61,657 nucleotides of DNA, from positions 34,299-95,955 of the forward strand of contig JBIQJB010000005.1 in assembly GCA_044507735.1 (NCBI GenBank). The letters are read 5' to 3'. The first letter of the stretch is position 1. Each line of letters starts with the position of its first letter. Source of the stretch: Nitrosopumilales archaeon (GTDB lineage: Archaea; Thermoproteota; Nitrososphaeria; Nitrososphaerales; Nitrososphaeraceae). The notes under the pieces are model-generated. The model was not told the DNA's origin. It saw nothing but the letters and a program-made list of their open reading frames with translations, and ran no database searches. A program made the position numbers and the translations under genes. Below are positions 38,200 to 48,167 of this stretch, one piece after another.

Positions 38200-39837
38200 C
38201 TAACGCTTCAGCACGCTGGCGTCATGGATCCTTATTGCTTCAGCAACAAGCCTGTTCTGTAGTTCCAGAGCCTCCTTGCCTTCGGGGTGTTTTTCCTGAG
38301 CGATAGCTTCGGCCACAATGCTAATTACATGCCTCATCAAGAACTCGTCGCCCCTCGATGCTTCTGCCTTGTAGGTGGGATTAGCCTTGTTCACAAATAC
38401 GATATTGTCTGTAGTAAAGCTGTAACGAGAGTCAGTCTCGTCTTCATACGGTATGACCTTATAACCGATCCTCTTGAGCGCAAAAGTCTTTTTCAGGATA
38501 GGCTTCCGGACTGTCCTAGTTCTAATAACTGTGCCATCTGCCTGCGCTTCGTCCACCGTGTTGACCACTTCGCCAGCTATCTCCGGAGCTTCCCCTTCGT
38601 CATAGATAATGCCTGATTCTGTGACAGTCTGTTGCTGGCGCATTTGGCCGGTCTTGGACATGCCGGAACTTGCTGTCACAAGTGGGCCGACTTCTTCTTG
38701 ACGTGAGTGTGCGCGGCCCTTGTGTTTGTCTTCATCTTCTTTTTCGCCTTTGCGCGCTGTCGCTACTCTCTCTTTGACTTCGACCATTTCGTAGCCCTGC
38801 ACTTCCTCTTCAAGTTCGAGTGTTTCAACCATTGCCTGTCCTAAGACCTTGTCGATTTCGCGATAAATCTTGTTCTCTTCCCTAGTTATCAAGACGTCTT
38901 CATACTCCGTCAGGCTTGGGATGACAGTGTCTATCACAAATGTCCGCATTGCCTGGTTGAACTTGGCATACTCTTCGTCTTCGATCAATGCAGACTTGTC
39001 CGCAAACCTTGTAGTCAAAGAGTCACACCTGATAAAACCTGTGACGCGATTGAGCTTTGTGTCAAATCCAAAATTGCTTCGTGTCACGATGTGGTTCCCA
39101 ACCATCACTGCAATTCCTCGTTCTTCATCTGAGAGAGGTCTGCGTGCAATGATAATTTCTCCGACTATTCTTCCTCCGTCGAGGTTGACAGGTATACGAT
39201 GCCCTTGAATATCCGGAGCCCGGATGGGCTGAGCGCCATCAAAGTTCCATTCCTTGAACTTGTCTGCGGTCTTGATATAGACCTCAAACATCGGTTGTCT
39301 CAGTATGGCCAGCTTGCGGATCTCTTTTGTGATCTTGATAACGTCGACGGCAATCTTGGCTCCAGTCATTAACAACTCTGTGCCATCACGCTTAAGCGCC
39401 GGCTCCTTTACCTCATCCAGTTTAGCGTTACCCGTGTGCAGCTTTTCCAGAACATCACCATCGATAACTATTGATTTTACAAAGTTGCCGCGCTTTGTTC
39501 TGATCTTCATCTTATCAAACGAAGTCAAGAAAGATAACCTGCCGGTGCCATACCTGCCAGTCCTAATTCTTTTCAGCTTTGGAGAAAGTGATTCAACTCT
39601 CTTATGGGGTGAGCCCAAAAGCAGGAACTTTTCCATCCCGTTCTGATCCATACCCGCATCATCTTCAACTGCGATAGACCCATTGCCTAGAACCGTGACA
39701 AGAACCCTAGTCGCGTCCTCGTCAAACGCGTTCTCTACGAGCTCCTTGACTATTTCCGTAGGCGAAACCCACGTCTTGGTAGCAAACTCTTTGAAAAACG
39801 ATGGATGGACCTTCAGTTCGGTAGGCATCTTTCCCAA
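38200..39837 (-). CDS. GHKL-family ATPase (MORC/Hsp90-like)
   Basis: KELVENAFD N-box, EDDAGMD, GRYGTG, GTEL motifs; S5-like region; charged linker; C-terminal domain. Confidence 0.82.
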   Translation of the reverse strand: MGKMPTELKVHPSFFKEFATKTWVSPTEIVKELVENAFDEDATRVLVTVLGNGSIAVEDDAGMDQNGMEKFLLLGSPHKRVESLSPKLKRIRTGRYGTGRLSFLTSFDKMKIRTKRGNFVKSIVIDGDVLEKLHTGNAKLDEVKEPALKRDGTELLMTGAKIAVDVIKITKEIRKLAILRQPMFEVYIKTADKFKEWNFDGAQPIRAPDIQGHRIPVNLDGGRIVGEIIIARRPLSDEERGIAVMVGNHIVTRSNFGFDTKLNRVTGFIRCDSLTTRFADKSALIEDEEYAKFNQAMRTFVIDTVIPSLTEYEDVLITREENKIYREIDKVLGQAMVETLELEEEVQGYEMVEVKERVATARKGEKEDEDKHKGRAHSRQEEVGPLVTASSGMSKTGQMRQQQTVTESGIIYDEGEAPEIAGEVVNTVDEAQADGTVIRTRTVRKPILKKTFALKRIGYKVIPYEDETDSRYSFTTDNIVFVNKANPTYKAEASRGDEFLMRHVISIVAEAIAQEKHPEGKEALELQNRLVAEAIRIHDASVLKR

Positions 39838-40133
39838 GAGCTGGTATTGCCTACCTTTATTTAATACTTGTTGAGAATATTCTGTGACCTCGCCACCAAA
39901 CCCAAGTTGCTGCAGAATATGGCCGTTGCATAGCTCAAGCTCCGAAATCTATCAGAGGCTATTGGTGTCCTGCCGCAATCTAGATATTATTTTAGCCTGT
40001 TCTGTCTTCTGAATGCAAAAATGTCAGTGCGGTAGAGATTCTAGGACTTTTGAGGCATGTACCCCAATGGGTTGTAATACTTTTGTGGTGTGCACAGGGT
40101 GTTTCAAAGACATCGCGGAATGCCAATGCAAGC

Positions 40134-41405
40134 CTAAGTAGTAGGCTTGTAGCGCAATACTGCGCCTATCTTGCCCAGACTTGCAAGTTGTGAGCCTTCC
40201 TCAGTCTTTCCGGAAACGACTTCAAGCCGGGCACCAGTCATTGTGGACAGCTCGTTCAGGTAGTCGACAATATCCTGTTCGATCACATCAATGTCTGTGC
40301 CATTACATGAAGGGCATTTCGTATATTCTTGCTTCGTAGCCATTATCTGCGGCCTATCGACTATTTTGGCCTGCAGAGCGCCACATGTCTTGCATTTAAA
40401 TTCTAACCTGACATAAGTAATATCATCTGTTACCAGCAACATATCGGCTACGCCACTTTCAAGGTTCTTGATTACATCATGTATCCCATAGATCCCAAGC
40501 CCCCTGCCGGAGTGGACTTCGCTCATAAACTTCTTTATCAGTTGCTTTTCTTCCATCACGCGGTATTCCTGAAGGATCCCATCCTTCTGTGCCTTCTCGA
40601 TAAGCTCCCTGACACCTTCGTCGCCAGAATAGGATGAGTCTATGGTGGCGATCACGGCCTTCTGAAGACGATAGTCAAGATATTCTTCCTTCAAGAAATT
40701 CTCCTTGGTGGGTCCTGGCCCTCCAACTATGAGGCCCTTGACGCTGTACTGATCAACAAAGATCTGCTTGGCATAATCGGCTACACGGTGATAGTATTCA
40801 TTAAGCTCATTCTCCCTCAGGCGCTCAAACCTTCTTGCCGACTGACCGCCCTGTCTGTGCTTGCCGGCGACGCCAGAGGTTATTGAGTTAACTGTCTCCC
40901 ATCGATCTCCAGTCAGGATCCCAAATCCTGCCTCTTGCGTGTCGATAGCGAGTATCCCGATCACCTTGTCGTCCTTCATCATGTCCTTCAGATGATCTGT
41001 CCAAAAGTGGTCGTCGCACCGGTACAGGCTAATCTGCACAGGCTTAGGGGGTATTACTGGATATATCTCGATCTTTTCCTTGCCGATTCCTTTGTCGTTT
41101 GGAATCGCACCGCAAAAGATTACAAGTCCGTTCTCGGGTGTTTCCTTGAAAAGTTTCAGCTGCTCGATCGTCCTACTTAGTGCGTCTTGCACATGCGTTC
41201 TCGTTAGGTCAGATTTGATGTTTGAAGCCGTACCTGACTCGTTTCGTAGTTGTGAAATGACGTCAAATATCGGTCTTCTGGGTGGAATGTAGACGGTGAC
41301 AAGCTCGGTCCCATGCCCGGAAATACTTGACAGTTGGTTTATCATCTTGGTGAGCTTGTATCTCTTTACCGAGTCCCACTTGCCATCGCCATCGCTTTTT
41401 GCCAT
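40134..41405 (-). CDS. prf1: Peptide chain release factor aRF1
   Basis: TASNIKS, YRCD, GGQSARRF; CxxC..CxxC minidomain; start trimmed to MAKSDG at 41405. Confidence 0.96.
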   Translation of the reverse strand: MAKSDGDGKWDSVKRYKLTKMINQLSSISGHGTELVTVYIPPRRPIFDVISQLRNESGTASNIKSDLTRTHVQDALSRTIEQLKLFKETPENGLVIFCGAIPNDKGIGKEKIEIYPVIPPKPVQISLYRCDDHFWTDHLKDMMKDDKVIGILAIDTQEAGFGILTGDRWETVNSITSGVAGKHRQGGQSARRFERLRENELNEYYHRVADYAKQIFVDQYSVKGLIVGGPGPTKENFLKEEYLDYRLQKAVIATIDSSYSGDEGVRELIEKAQKDGILQEYRVMEEKQLIKKFMSEVHSGRGLGIYGIHDVIKNLESGVADMLLVTDDITYVRLEFKCKTCGALQAKIVDRPQIMATKQEYTKCPSCNGTDIDVIEQDIVDYLNELSTMTGARLEVVSGKTEEGSQLASLGKIGAVLRYKPTT

Positions 41406-41518
41406 TTTTTCGTTAACAAGAAAAAATTCGCTCGCACATAATATAAGGCTATCAAGCCTCTGGCTTCGAAACTCCAAGCTTATAAGTGCCGGAGAGGAGA
41501 ACTGAATTATACTCACCT

Positions 41519-42073
41519 ATGCTACCACGTCTAGAATACATCAAACAGGCCAGAATCAGGCTAGGCATCACTCAGAGAAAACTCGCATCTCTCACAGGTG
41601 TCAGCACATCAATGATAAATCAAATCGAGTCTGGCAGATGCAAACCGAGCTACGAGACCGCAAGAAAAATTTTCGAGGTCTTAAGCTCGCTTGAAGGAAA
41701 GACCTCCATGAAGGCCGGCGATATTTGTAGCAGACAGCTAATATCTGTTCAAAAGGACGAGAAGATGCACAAGGCGATAGATATCATGCGGGACAACTCG
41801 ATCAGCCAGATCCCGGTTTTTGACTCCTCGCGAGTGGTAGGCATACTGACCGAAGACGGATTGGCCAAGGTCATGGAGGAAAAGGACGAAAGAGACCTGC
41901 GCAATGTACACGTCTTTCAAGTTATGGAGCCTCCGCCACCCTTGGTAGACGTCTCCACTCCAGCAAAGGCATTGATACCGCTTGTGAGGTTTGCAAAATG
42001 CATATTGGTGAGCGAGAAGGGCAACGTAATTGGTATAGTAACGATTACGGATACACTCAAATTGGTAGAATAG
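41519..42073 (+). CDS. XRE-HTH + CBS-pair transcription regulator
   Basis: R..LGITQ..LA...GVS.S.I.QIESG HTH followed by ISQIPV CBS domains. Confidence 0.9.
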   Translation: MLPRLEYIKQARIRLGITQRKLASLTGVSTSMINQIESGRCKPSYETARKIFEVLSSLEGKTSMKAGDICSRQLISVQKDEKMHKAIDIMRDNSISQIPVFDSSRVVGILTEDGLAKVMEEKDERDLRNVHVFQVMEPPPPLVDVSTPAKALIPLVRFAKCILVSEKGNVIGIVTITDTLKLVE

Positions 42074-42296
42074 CGAGACTATTCCTTCAATTTCTCAAGG
42101 CCAACGCAACAATCTGCGCACTTCATGCATTCATTACAAAGGCTTACTTCTGTACCTAATGGTAGTGTTGTTCCACATAGTGCGCATTCCTTCCTTGATT
42201 GTAGCTGTGCCAACTGGCCTACCATACTCCAAAACACTATTTGAATTCTTCCATACGTGCCTCCTTAAGGAATAATAGGAGCCAAAACCACCCATC

Positions 42297-42812
42297 TTGC
42301 CAGATTTGACAGTTGCAAATGCCGCTTTTGGCATCGTATTTTCGAACAAGGCCTATGTGGCGATGGCTGTTGTGGTGGCGTTTGTGTTCTGGACAGCATT
42401 CAACATACTTGACGGGATATTGTTGTTGTCTCCTCTCGCATTTTACTATCCCATACCTGACGATGCAATACCCGGTTTCGCTTTGTCGCACATCACAGCT
42501 GCGCTTGTGGGCATTGTGGTCAGCATGAATGTCTACTTGTTCAAGAACATGAAAGCGGGAGGCACCAAGGCATCTTTTCTGACGGGCTCTACCCTCGGAA
42601 CTGTCTCTAGCATGTGTGCGGGTTGTTCTTCAGTAGGCTTTTACCTAGCGGCGACTTTTGGCACAGCAGGCGTTGCGACTTCAACCTTTCTCTCAAACTA
42701 CCAGCTACCTTTTAGACTGCTTGCTATAGGCCTTTTGATCTGGGCATATTATTCTGCCCACAGGCGCATAACAAGGTCCTGTTCCTTACAGCCCCCATCG
42801 ACATCCACTTAA
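42297..42812 (+). CDS. Membrane protein with an intramembrane CxxC
   Basis: Four hydrophobic segments; SSMCAGCSS motif. Confidence 0.75.
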   Translation: MPDLTVANAAFGIVFSNKAYVAMAVVVAFVFWTAFNILDGILLLSPLAFYYPIPDDAIPGFALSHITAALVGIVVSMNVYLFKNMKAGGTKASFLTGSTLGTVSSMCAGCSSVGFYLAATFGTAGVATSTFLSNYQLPFRLLAIGLLIWAYYSAHRRITRSCSLQPPSTST

Positions 42813-42846
42813 CTTTTTATTTAGTACCGTACGCACCACGAACATA

Positions 42847-43113
42847 ATGGATCATGTCATGGCAAGAATAAAGGGAGCGAAGATGGAGGACATCAAGGCC
42901 GCCCTGGATGCAAGCGCTGCGGAGAATGCCAATCGAGGCTTGATTCTCAGGCACATCTGGCGCAACGCAGACGATCCAGATGAAATCGTGTTCATTTTTA
43001 CGGCTACTGATCTTGACGCTGCCAGAAAATACATTGAGCAGGCGCACGAGCAGGTTCTCAAACAAGACCCGGGCGCAGCACTGCCTACAATGCTTTTCCT
43101 GAAGGGACAGTGA
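42847..43113 (+). CDS. Small ferredoxin-like (dimeric alpha+beta barrel-like) protein
   Basis: G......WRN.DDP.E.V...D...A pattern; TATA-like TTTTTATT upstream. Confidence 0.7.
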   Translation: MDHVMARIKGAKMEDIKAALDASAAENANRGLILRHIWRNADDPDEIVFIFTATDLDAARKYIEQAHEQVLKQDPGAALPTMLFLKGQ

Positions 43114-43152
43114 GCCCATGCTCTTACTATTGTTATATAGCATCTTGAACCA

Positions 43153-43545
43153 ATGATAGTCATGGATTTTGCTAGTCAAGGGCAGGATGCATTCTTTCCG
43201 ATTTTTACCATAGTATCCAACAACTTTGAAAATGACCTTGATGTTGTGAAGCGCATCTTTTCCGGATTTGAGAGATTCACCCACATTGACCATGGCTTCA
43301 GGCTCAGCGAAAGGGCTGAAATGGCAGCTGGCTGGTGGTTCTACGACATCTTTGTGACACAGGATTTTGCTCACAAGATATTCCAACAGCTAATACCCCC
43401 GGACGTCCGCAGCAGAAAAAAAGCCACCACCAAAATAATCGACTACTTTCAGAGTCAGCTTCGCAGGTATGGATCAGAAGCAAAAATAAAAATGCACGGC
43501 GACATGCCGTTAGCCGCCCCCTGGTGGGCGTGGCTCATGAGGTAA
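43153..43545 (+). CDS. Hypothetical protein
   Basis: 130-aa ORF with a TTATATA box upstream; Trp-rich motifs. Confidence 0.7.
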   Translation: MIVMDFASQGQDAFFPIFTIVSNNFENDLDVVKRIFSGFERFTHIDHGFRLSERAEMAAGWWFYDIFVTQDFAHKIFQQLIPPDVRSRKKATTKIIDYFQSQLRRYGSEAKIKMHGDMPLAAPWWAWLMR

Positions 43546-43584
43546 GGCGACCGACGGTTCTCCAATCGCGGCGCATCAAGATGA

Positions 43585-43752
43585 CTACTTGTTGGATTTT
43601 TTTGTCCTGCCTTTGCTGCTCTTGCCTCGTTTGCGCCCAAGTCTTGCATTTGCTACCGCGTATGGATTCTTTGCACTTCCTTTTCGCTTTATCTTCTTGA
43701 CTGCTCTGTCGAACTTCTTTTCACTGACTCCCTTCTTTACGCCTCTTGGCAT
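43585..43752 (-). CDS. 55-aa Lys/Arg-rich basic micro-protein (not in ORF track)
   Basis: MPRGVKKGVSEKKFDRAVKKIKRKGSAKNPYAVANARLGRKRGKSSKGRTKKSNK*; TTTAATA box about 25 nt upstream. Confidence 0.75.
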   Translation of the reverse strand: MPRGVKKGVSEKKFDRAVKKIKRKGSAKNPYAVANARLGRKRGKSSKGRTKKSNK

Positions 43753-44771
43753 ATCTGCGGTTGCAAAACATCGAATATTAAACGTGCTATAGATTATTAC
43801 TTTCCATTATTGCGAGCATCACAGTTTAATGATGTGCGTGTTCGTTTGAATTTTAGGAACTCGCTAAATTCGCTCGTTATTTGTATTCTTGCTTCGCTGT
43901 AGTTCGATTCTGACGATCCATACCTCTAGAAACATTTTCGATCATCAGAAAACTTCTGCTTGATACCCGGCAGTCCCGCCATCTGCACTACTGATCAAGG
44001 GTTCATGTACTCAAGGTCATATTTCCGACATTTCATCCGTAAGCTGAAATTTAATGAAAATGTGAACGTTAGCAAGGATTCAAGTTATTGCGATAGTCAT
44101 ACGATGAAATACTTCGCCACCTGGAACAGATTTTGCAATCAATAGAAACCTCGTCAAAAAAGAGTGCTTCATTGTTGCGTCAGATTTGTCTCTTCTATTT
44201 CTGAATTGAAGTACTCGCCACGACCCCCACCCACAAGACCTCACACACACATCCTCGACCTTCGGGATATAGACATTCAACTCTTGTATTTCATCAAGCT
44301 AGATCAGTTATAGACATGGCTTCTCTAGATGCATTGAAAGCGTCTTCTGCTTTTTCCAGATTAGAAGTAACACAGAATCTTGTTCTGAGCGCTCAGGTAT
44401 TCCTGACGCAAATCCGTTTAGAAGCGGCCAATACTGATGTTGTCATCTGTGCTAGCTTGCCAATGCGAGTAATCGTCAAATTTGCTAGATTTGTATTTGC
44501 AACAGCTGTGTGCAGAGGGTAAACCGCATCATTGATTCTGTAGAGAATTCAGTCTTGAAACATTACATACTCTTCAATTCATACATACATCAGCATATAG
44601 GTGTGCGTCACTGTTTGCCAAATTGAGCGAATGATCTATGCAGACTGCGCATGGTGTGACGAAGATATGCCTTATGGGAGTTACCGGATCATCCGATTTC
44701 CCTTTGTAAAGAGAAGAACAAGATGGACAACCTCACGGATGTATCAAATTGTTGATTTTTCTCTCTTGCTC

Positions 44772-44930
44772 TTATTCTTCTTCCCTCTGCTTTCTTATTT
44801 CTTCGCTCTGTCTTAACTGAGTACCTATAGATGCACCGTGAGTATTGGCGTTATGCCTTACCAGATCCTCGTGCAGATAAAACGATGTCCCACACGCTTC
44901 GCAGACATATCTTCCCTTGTTTTCAGACAT
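44772..44930 (-). CDS. 52-aa classical C2H2 zinc-finger micro-protein (not in ORF track)
   Basis: MSENKGRYVCEACGTSFYLHEDLVRHNANTHGASIGTQLRQSEEIRKQREEE*; matches Y-x-C-x2-C-x3-F-x5-L-x2-H-x4-H. Confidence 0.8.
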   Translation of the reverse strand: MSENKGRYVCEACGTSFYLHEDLVRHNANTHGASIGTQLRQSEEIRKQREEE

Positions 44931-45083
44931 GGTAGGCATCGGATAATATTGAATTTATCAAGTATGGGGTTATCTTATCTGCAATATTTTACCTTTGAAC
45001 AAAAGATAATCGGAGAGTTGGCCAAGCCAGTCTGGATCGGCCATGGCTCCGGTCATTGTTTCCTCTACTGATAACGCCAGTTC

Positions 45084-46130
45084 CTACTTGAATTCCTCTT
45101 CCAATATCTTGCGCTTCTTGCTTACTTGGAACAGATTGTCTGATCTCTTAAGGGCCTCTTCCCGCGATCGTCTAAACACCATCGACTGGAGTAACAGGTG
45201 GTTCTCCGGAATCACCATGCCCGTCTGGTCGTCAGAATAGCCGATCTTTACAGTGTCATCCTGTACCCGCAAGATGTCTTGATGTATGTGCACCATGTTC
45301 GTATCACCGTGTGCAAATCCAAGCTCAATCGCCTTTTTCCTCACATCTCCAGTTCCCTTGGCGGAGCTAATTATGGCAACTCCAAATTCGTTTCTGAAAC
45401 AATCAAGTATTTCATCCTTGGTGGGCGCCTTGTCAAAGCGTACGAACATCTGGTGCAGGTGCATCATGCGAGATGGCACCTTGAAGGCATCTACATAGAG
45501 ATTTGCGGATGGGATAAAATCTTTCACGTCGTCTTGGTGATGAGGGTTTCTGTCCCACTCAATAGAGTCCTTGACGGGCTTTGTATCTTCAAGGTCTGCC
45601 CATCTCCTAATCAGCTCAACATCGTACCGCTTTATACGACTGCCAAACTTTTCAATCAAAGGCTGCATTATGCGCCCCATGCCAGAAACGTTGCAGCTGC
45701 CCTGAATCACATAGGTCTTACCTTGAGCCTTGGAGTAGTTCACGCGAGAGTTGTGGATCATGTCTGCAACAGCACGTTCGCCATGGCGATCTTCTCCTCC
45801 TTGAAATATCGCCGGCTTGTTCATCGGTTCATACAAGTTCTTCTTGTTATCATATCCTCCTCCTTCCTTTGCCGCGTCAATCACGATATCGCTCTGCATT
45901 ACAGCCTCCTCCACTGGGCCGGTAACGTTGTAGCCCTTTTCTTTGAAGGCAGGGATCATATTTTTGGGGACGTAGACGTCGAAATGGTTGTCAAGTGCTT
46001 CCTTCACCTTTTCGTCCACAGTGTACTTTGCTACTCCAACGAACTGGATCTCCTTGTCCATCGAAAGCGCGCTAGCAAGCCGCCGCCCGATGTTTCCATA
46101 GCCATTAACGAATACCCGCACCAAAATCAA
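45084..46130 (-). CDS. gap: Archaeal-type glyceraldehyde-3-phosphate dehydrogenase
   Basis: NGYGNIGRR, FQGGE, SCN catalytic Cys, HH..DV, VIPEN. Confidence 0.92.
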   Translation of the reverse strand: MILVRVFVNGYGNIGRRLASALSMDKEIQFVGVAKYTVDEKVKEALDNHFDVYVPKNMIPAFKEKGYNVTGPVEEAVMQSDIVIDAAKEGGGYDNKKNLYEPMNKPAIFQGGEDRHGERAVADMIHNSRVNYSKAQGKTYVIQGSCNVSGMGRIMQPLIEKFGSRIKRYDVELIRRWADLEDTKPVKDSIEWDRNPHHQDDVKDFIPSANLYVDAFKVPSRMMHLHQMFVRFDKAPTKDEILDCFRNEFGVAIISSAKGTGDVRKKAIELGFAHGDTNMVHIHQDILRVQDDTVKIGYSDDQTGMVIPENHLLLQSMVFRRSREEALKRSDNLFQVSKKRKILEEEFK

Positions 46131-46425
46131 TCACCCGAACCATGACCAAGTTGCAAATAGATTCCTTGGATTATATAGATTCCTAAATGTCAATCAGAAG
46201 TCATATATCAACATCGGTTTGAACAGGAGCCACAATCAACTGGTAAGAGAAGACATATCGCGTTATATCCTATTGGTAAATGTCTTAAACGCGCTTCGTC
46301 GACGTATGAAACCAGATGGAAAAGTGTGATATCGTCGAGGGCCCTCGATTACATCATTCTCATCACCAATTCGATAAGTGCACTAGACTTAAATACGGAA
46401 AAGTTGTCTAAAATTGTGGAGAGTA

Positions 46426-46476
46426 ATGGAAAGGGGCGGTCATTTTTGGCATCGGTCCGCGTGTTCTAGCTGGTAA
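46426..46476 (+). promoter_or_regulatory. Putative Trp-containing leader peptide upstream of trpG
   Basis: ATG..TAA encoding MERGGHFWHRSACSSW*, between a TATA-like CTTAAATA (46388-46395) and the trpG ATG. Confidence 0.3.
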
Positions 46477-46500
46477 TCTACTCTCGGGAAGGGGCCTTGG

Positions 46501-47094
46501 ATGAAAATCCTTGTAATTGACAATTATGATTCGTTCGTCTATAACATTGCGCAGATACTGGGAGAGCTTGGCGCAGAACCGGTTGTGATCAGAAATGACA
46601 AGATAACGCTAGATGATGTGAAGAGGATGAATCCTGACGGCATTGTAATATCTCCAGGACCCGGGCACCCTGCAGATCGCAAGTATTTTGGCGTATGCAC
46701 AGATGTCATTAGGGAAATGGGACCAAAGACACCCATACTCGGCGTCTGCCTTGGACACCAGGGCATTGTGCATGCCTTCGGAGGCAAGGTTGTCAACGCA
46801 GGAAAGGTCAGGCATGGCAAGACAAGCGAAATACAGTACAGCAGCGTACATGACCGGATCTTTGAGGACGTTGCCAATCCATTCAGGGCTACACGCTACC
46901 ACTCGCTCGTTGCAGAAAAGAATTCAATTCCTGATTGCCTTGAAGTCACAGCGAGATCTCTCGACGACGGCGAGATAATGGGTATAAAACACAAGCACTA
47001 CCCAATTGAAGGTGTCCAATTTCATCCAGAGTCTGTTCTCACTGGCGAGGGACGCAAGATACTCAAGAACTTTCTTGCAATGGTGAAAAGATGA
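46501..47094 (+). CDS. trpG: Anthranilate synthase component II (glutamine amidotransferase)
   Basis: IDNYDSF, ISPGPG, GVCLGHQ, RYHSL, QFHPES. Confidence 0.94.
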   Translation: MKILVIDNYDSFVYNIAQILGELGAEPVVIRNDKITLDDVKRMNPDGIVISPGPGHPADRKYFGVCTDVIREMGPKTPILGVCLGHQGIVHAFGGKVVNAGKVRHGKTSEIQYSSVHDRIFEDVANPFRATRYHSLVAEKNSIPDCLEVTARSLDDGEIMGIKHKHYPIEGVQFHPESVLTGEGRKILKNFLAMVKR

Positions 47095-48167
47095 GCACTC
47101 CGGATCTTCGGCCGGTTACAAAAAAACTAGTAGCCAGAACGAACCTCTCAGCCAATGAGGTCACCGAGACGCTTGATGCGATACTTGCTGGATCTGTGTC
47201 TGATGCAGCCATTGCGGCGTTTCTGATCGCTCTAGCAATGAAAGGAGAGACCGCTGAGGAGCTCAGGTCAATTTTGCGTTCTCTCAGAAACCACGCAACC
47301 AAAATAACGCCTGATATTCAAGGCCCTCTGATTGACACGTGTGGTACTGGAGGCGACGCGATTAGATCGTTTAATATCAGTACCGCTGCAGCCATAGTTG
47401 CTGCCGCTGCAGGCGCCAAGGTCGCAAAACACGGCAACAGATCCATGTCCGGCATATGTGGAAGTGCAGATTTTTTTGAATACATTGGTGTTGACCTTAA
47501 CACCCCACCTGCAAAGGTGAAATCGTGTATAGAATCCACAGGGATAGGATTCTTGTTTGCGCCAGTGTTCCACCCTTCAATGAAACATGTTGCAAACGCG
47601 AGAAAGATCATTGGAGTCAGGACTGTATTCAACATGATTGGCCCTCTGAGCAATCCCTGTACCAACATCTCCGGTCAGGTTATCGGAGTTTTCGAGCCAT
47701 CGCTTTTGGAGACTTTTGCAGAGGTCTGCCAAGACCATATTAACGAAGCAATGATAGTGCATGCGCATGACGGGTTTGACGAAATTTCCAATACATGCGA
47801 CAACGATATCCTGTGGGTTTCAGTCGATAGGCGGACGACAAAGAGAATACGCCTTCACCCAAAGATCATGGGCATGCATACAGCCAAACCAGAACAGCTC
47901 GTCGTAACCACAAAAGAAGACTCTATCAGAAATACTTTACAGTCAATCTATGGTCAGGCTTCCAAAGAAAAGCAAGATATCGTAGTTCTAAATGCTGCTG
48001 CCGCATTAGTGGTAGCCAAGATTGCCCACGATTTTAAAGATGGAGTGGAAATCGCAAATGATGTGATAAAGAGCGGCAAAGCACGAGACAAGCTGTCGCA
48101 ATTGGTAAGATATTGTGGAGACTTAGAAAAATTAAGAGAGTCAGAGAGAAAGTTTCTCACTGACTAG
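47091..48167 (+). CDS. trpD: Anthranilate phosphoribosyltransferase
   Basis: DTCGTGGD, FNIST, KHGNRS, GSAD, RTVFN..GPL.NP. Confidence 0.95.
   Translation: MSTPDLRPVTKKLVARTNLSANEVTETLDAILAGSVSDAAIAAFLIALAMKGETAEELRSILRSLRNHATKITPDIQGPLIDTCGTGGDAIRSFNISTAAAIVAAAAGAKVAKHGNRSMSGICGSADFFEYIGVDLNTPPAKVKSCIESTGIGFLFAPVFHPSMKHVANARKIIGVRTVFNMIGPLSNPCTNISGQVIGVFEPSLLETFAEVCQDHINEAMIVHAHDGFDEISNTCDNDILWVSVDRRTTKRIRLHPKIMGMHTAKPEQLVVTTKEDSIRNTLQSIYGQASKEKQDIVVLNAAAALVVAKIAHDFKDGVEIANDVIKSGKARDKLSQLVRYCGDLEKLRESERKFLTD

Noticed and set aside
41406-41516. N-terminal extensions in the ORF track (prf1; also thrC, cdc6, and the 9074 and 49769 starts)
   Set aside because: They run through promoter regions or neighbouring genes; downstream starts fit TATA spacing and family lengths better.
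42817-43386. 189-aa minus-strand ORF and similar antisense ORFs (2668-3075, 17328-17822, 30456-30971, 48533-49093)
   Set aside because: They overlap better-supported genes on the opposite strand and have unnatural composition.
45198-46145. 315-aa ORF on the + strand
   Set aside because: Antisense shadow of gap with no recognisable motifs.
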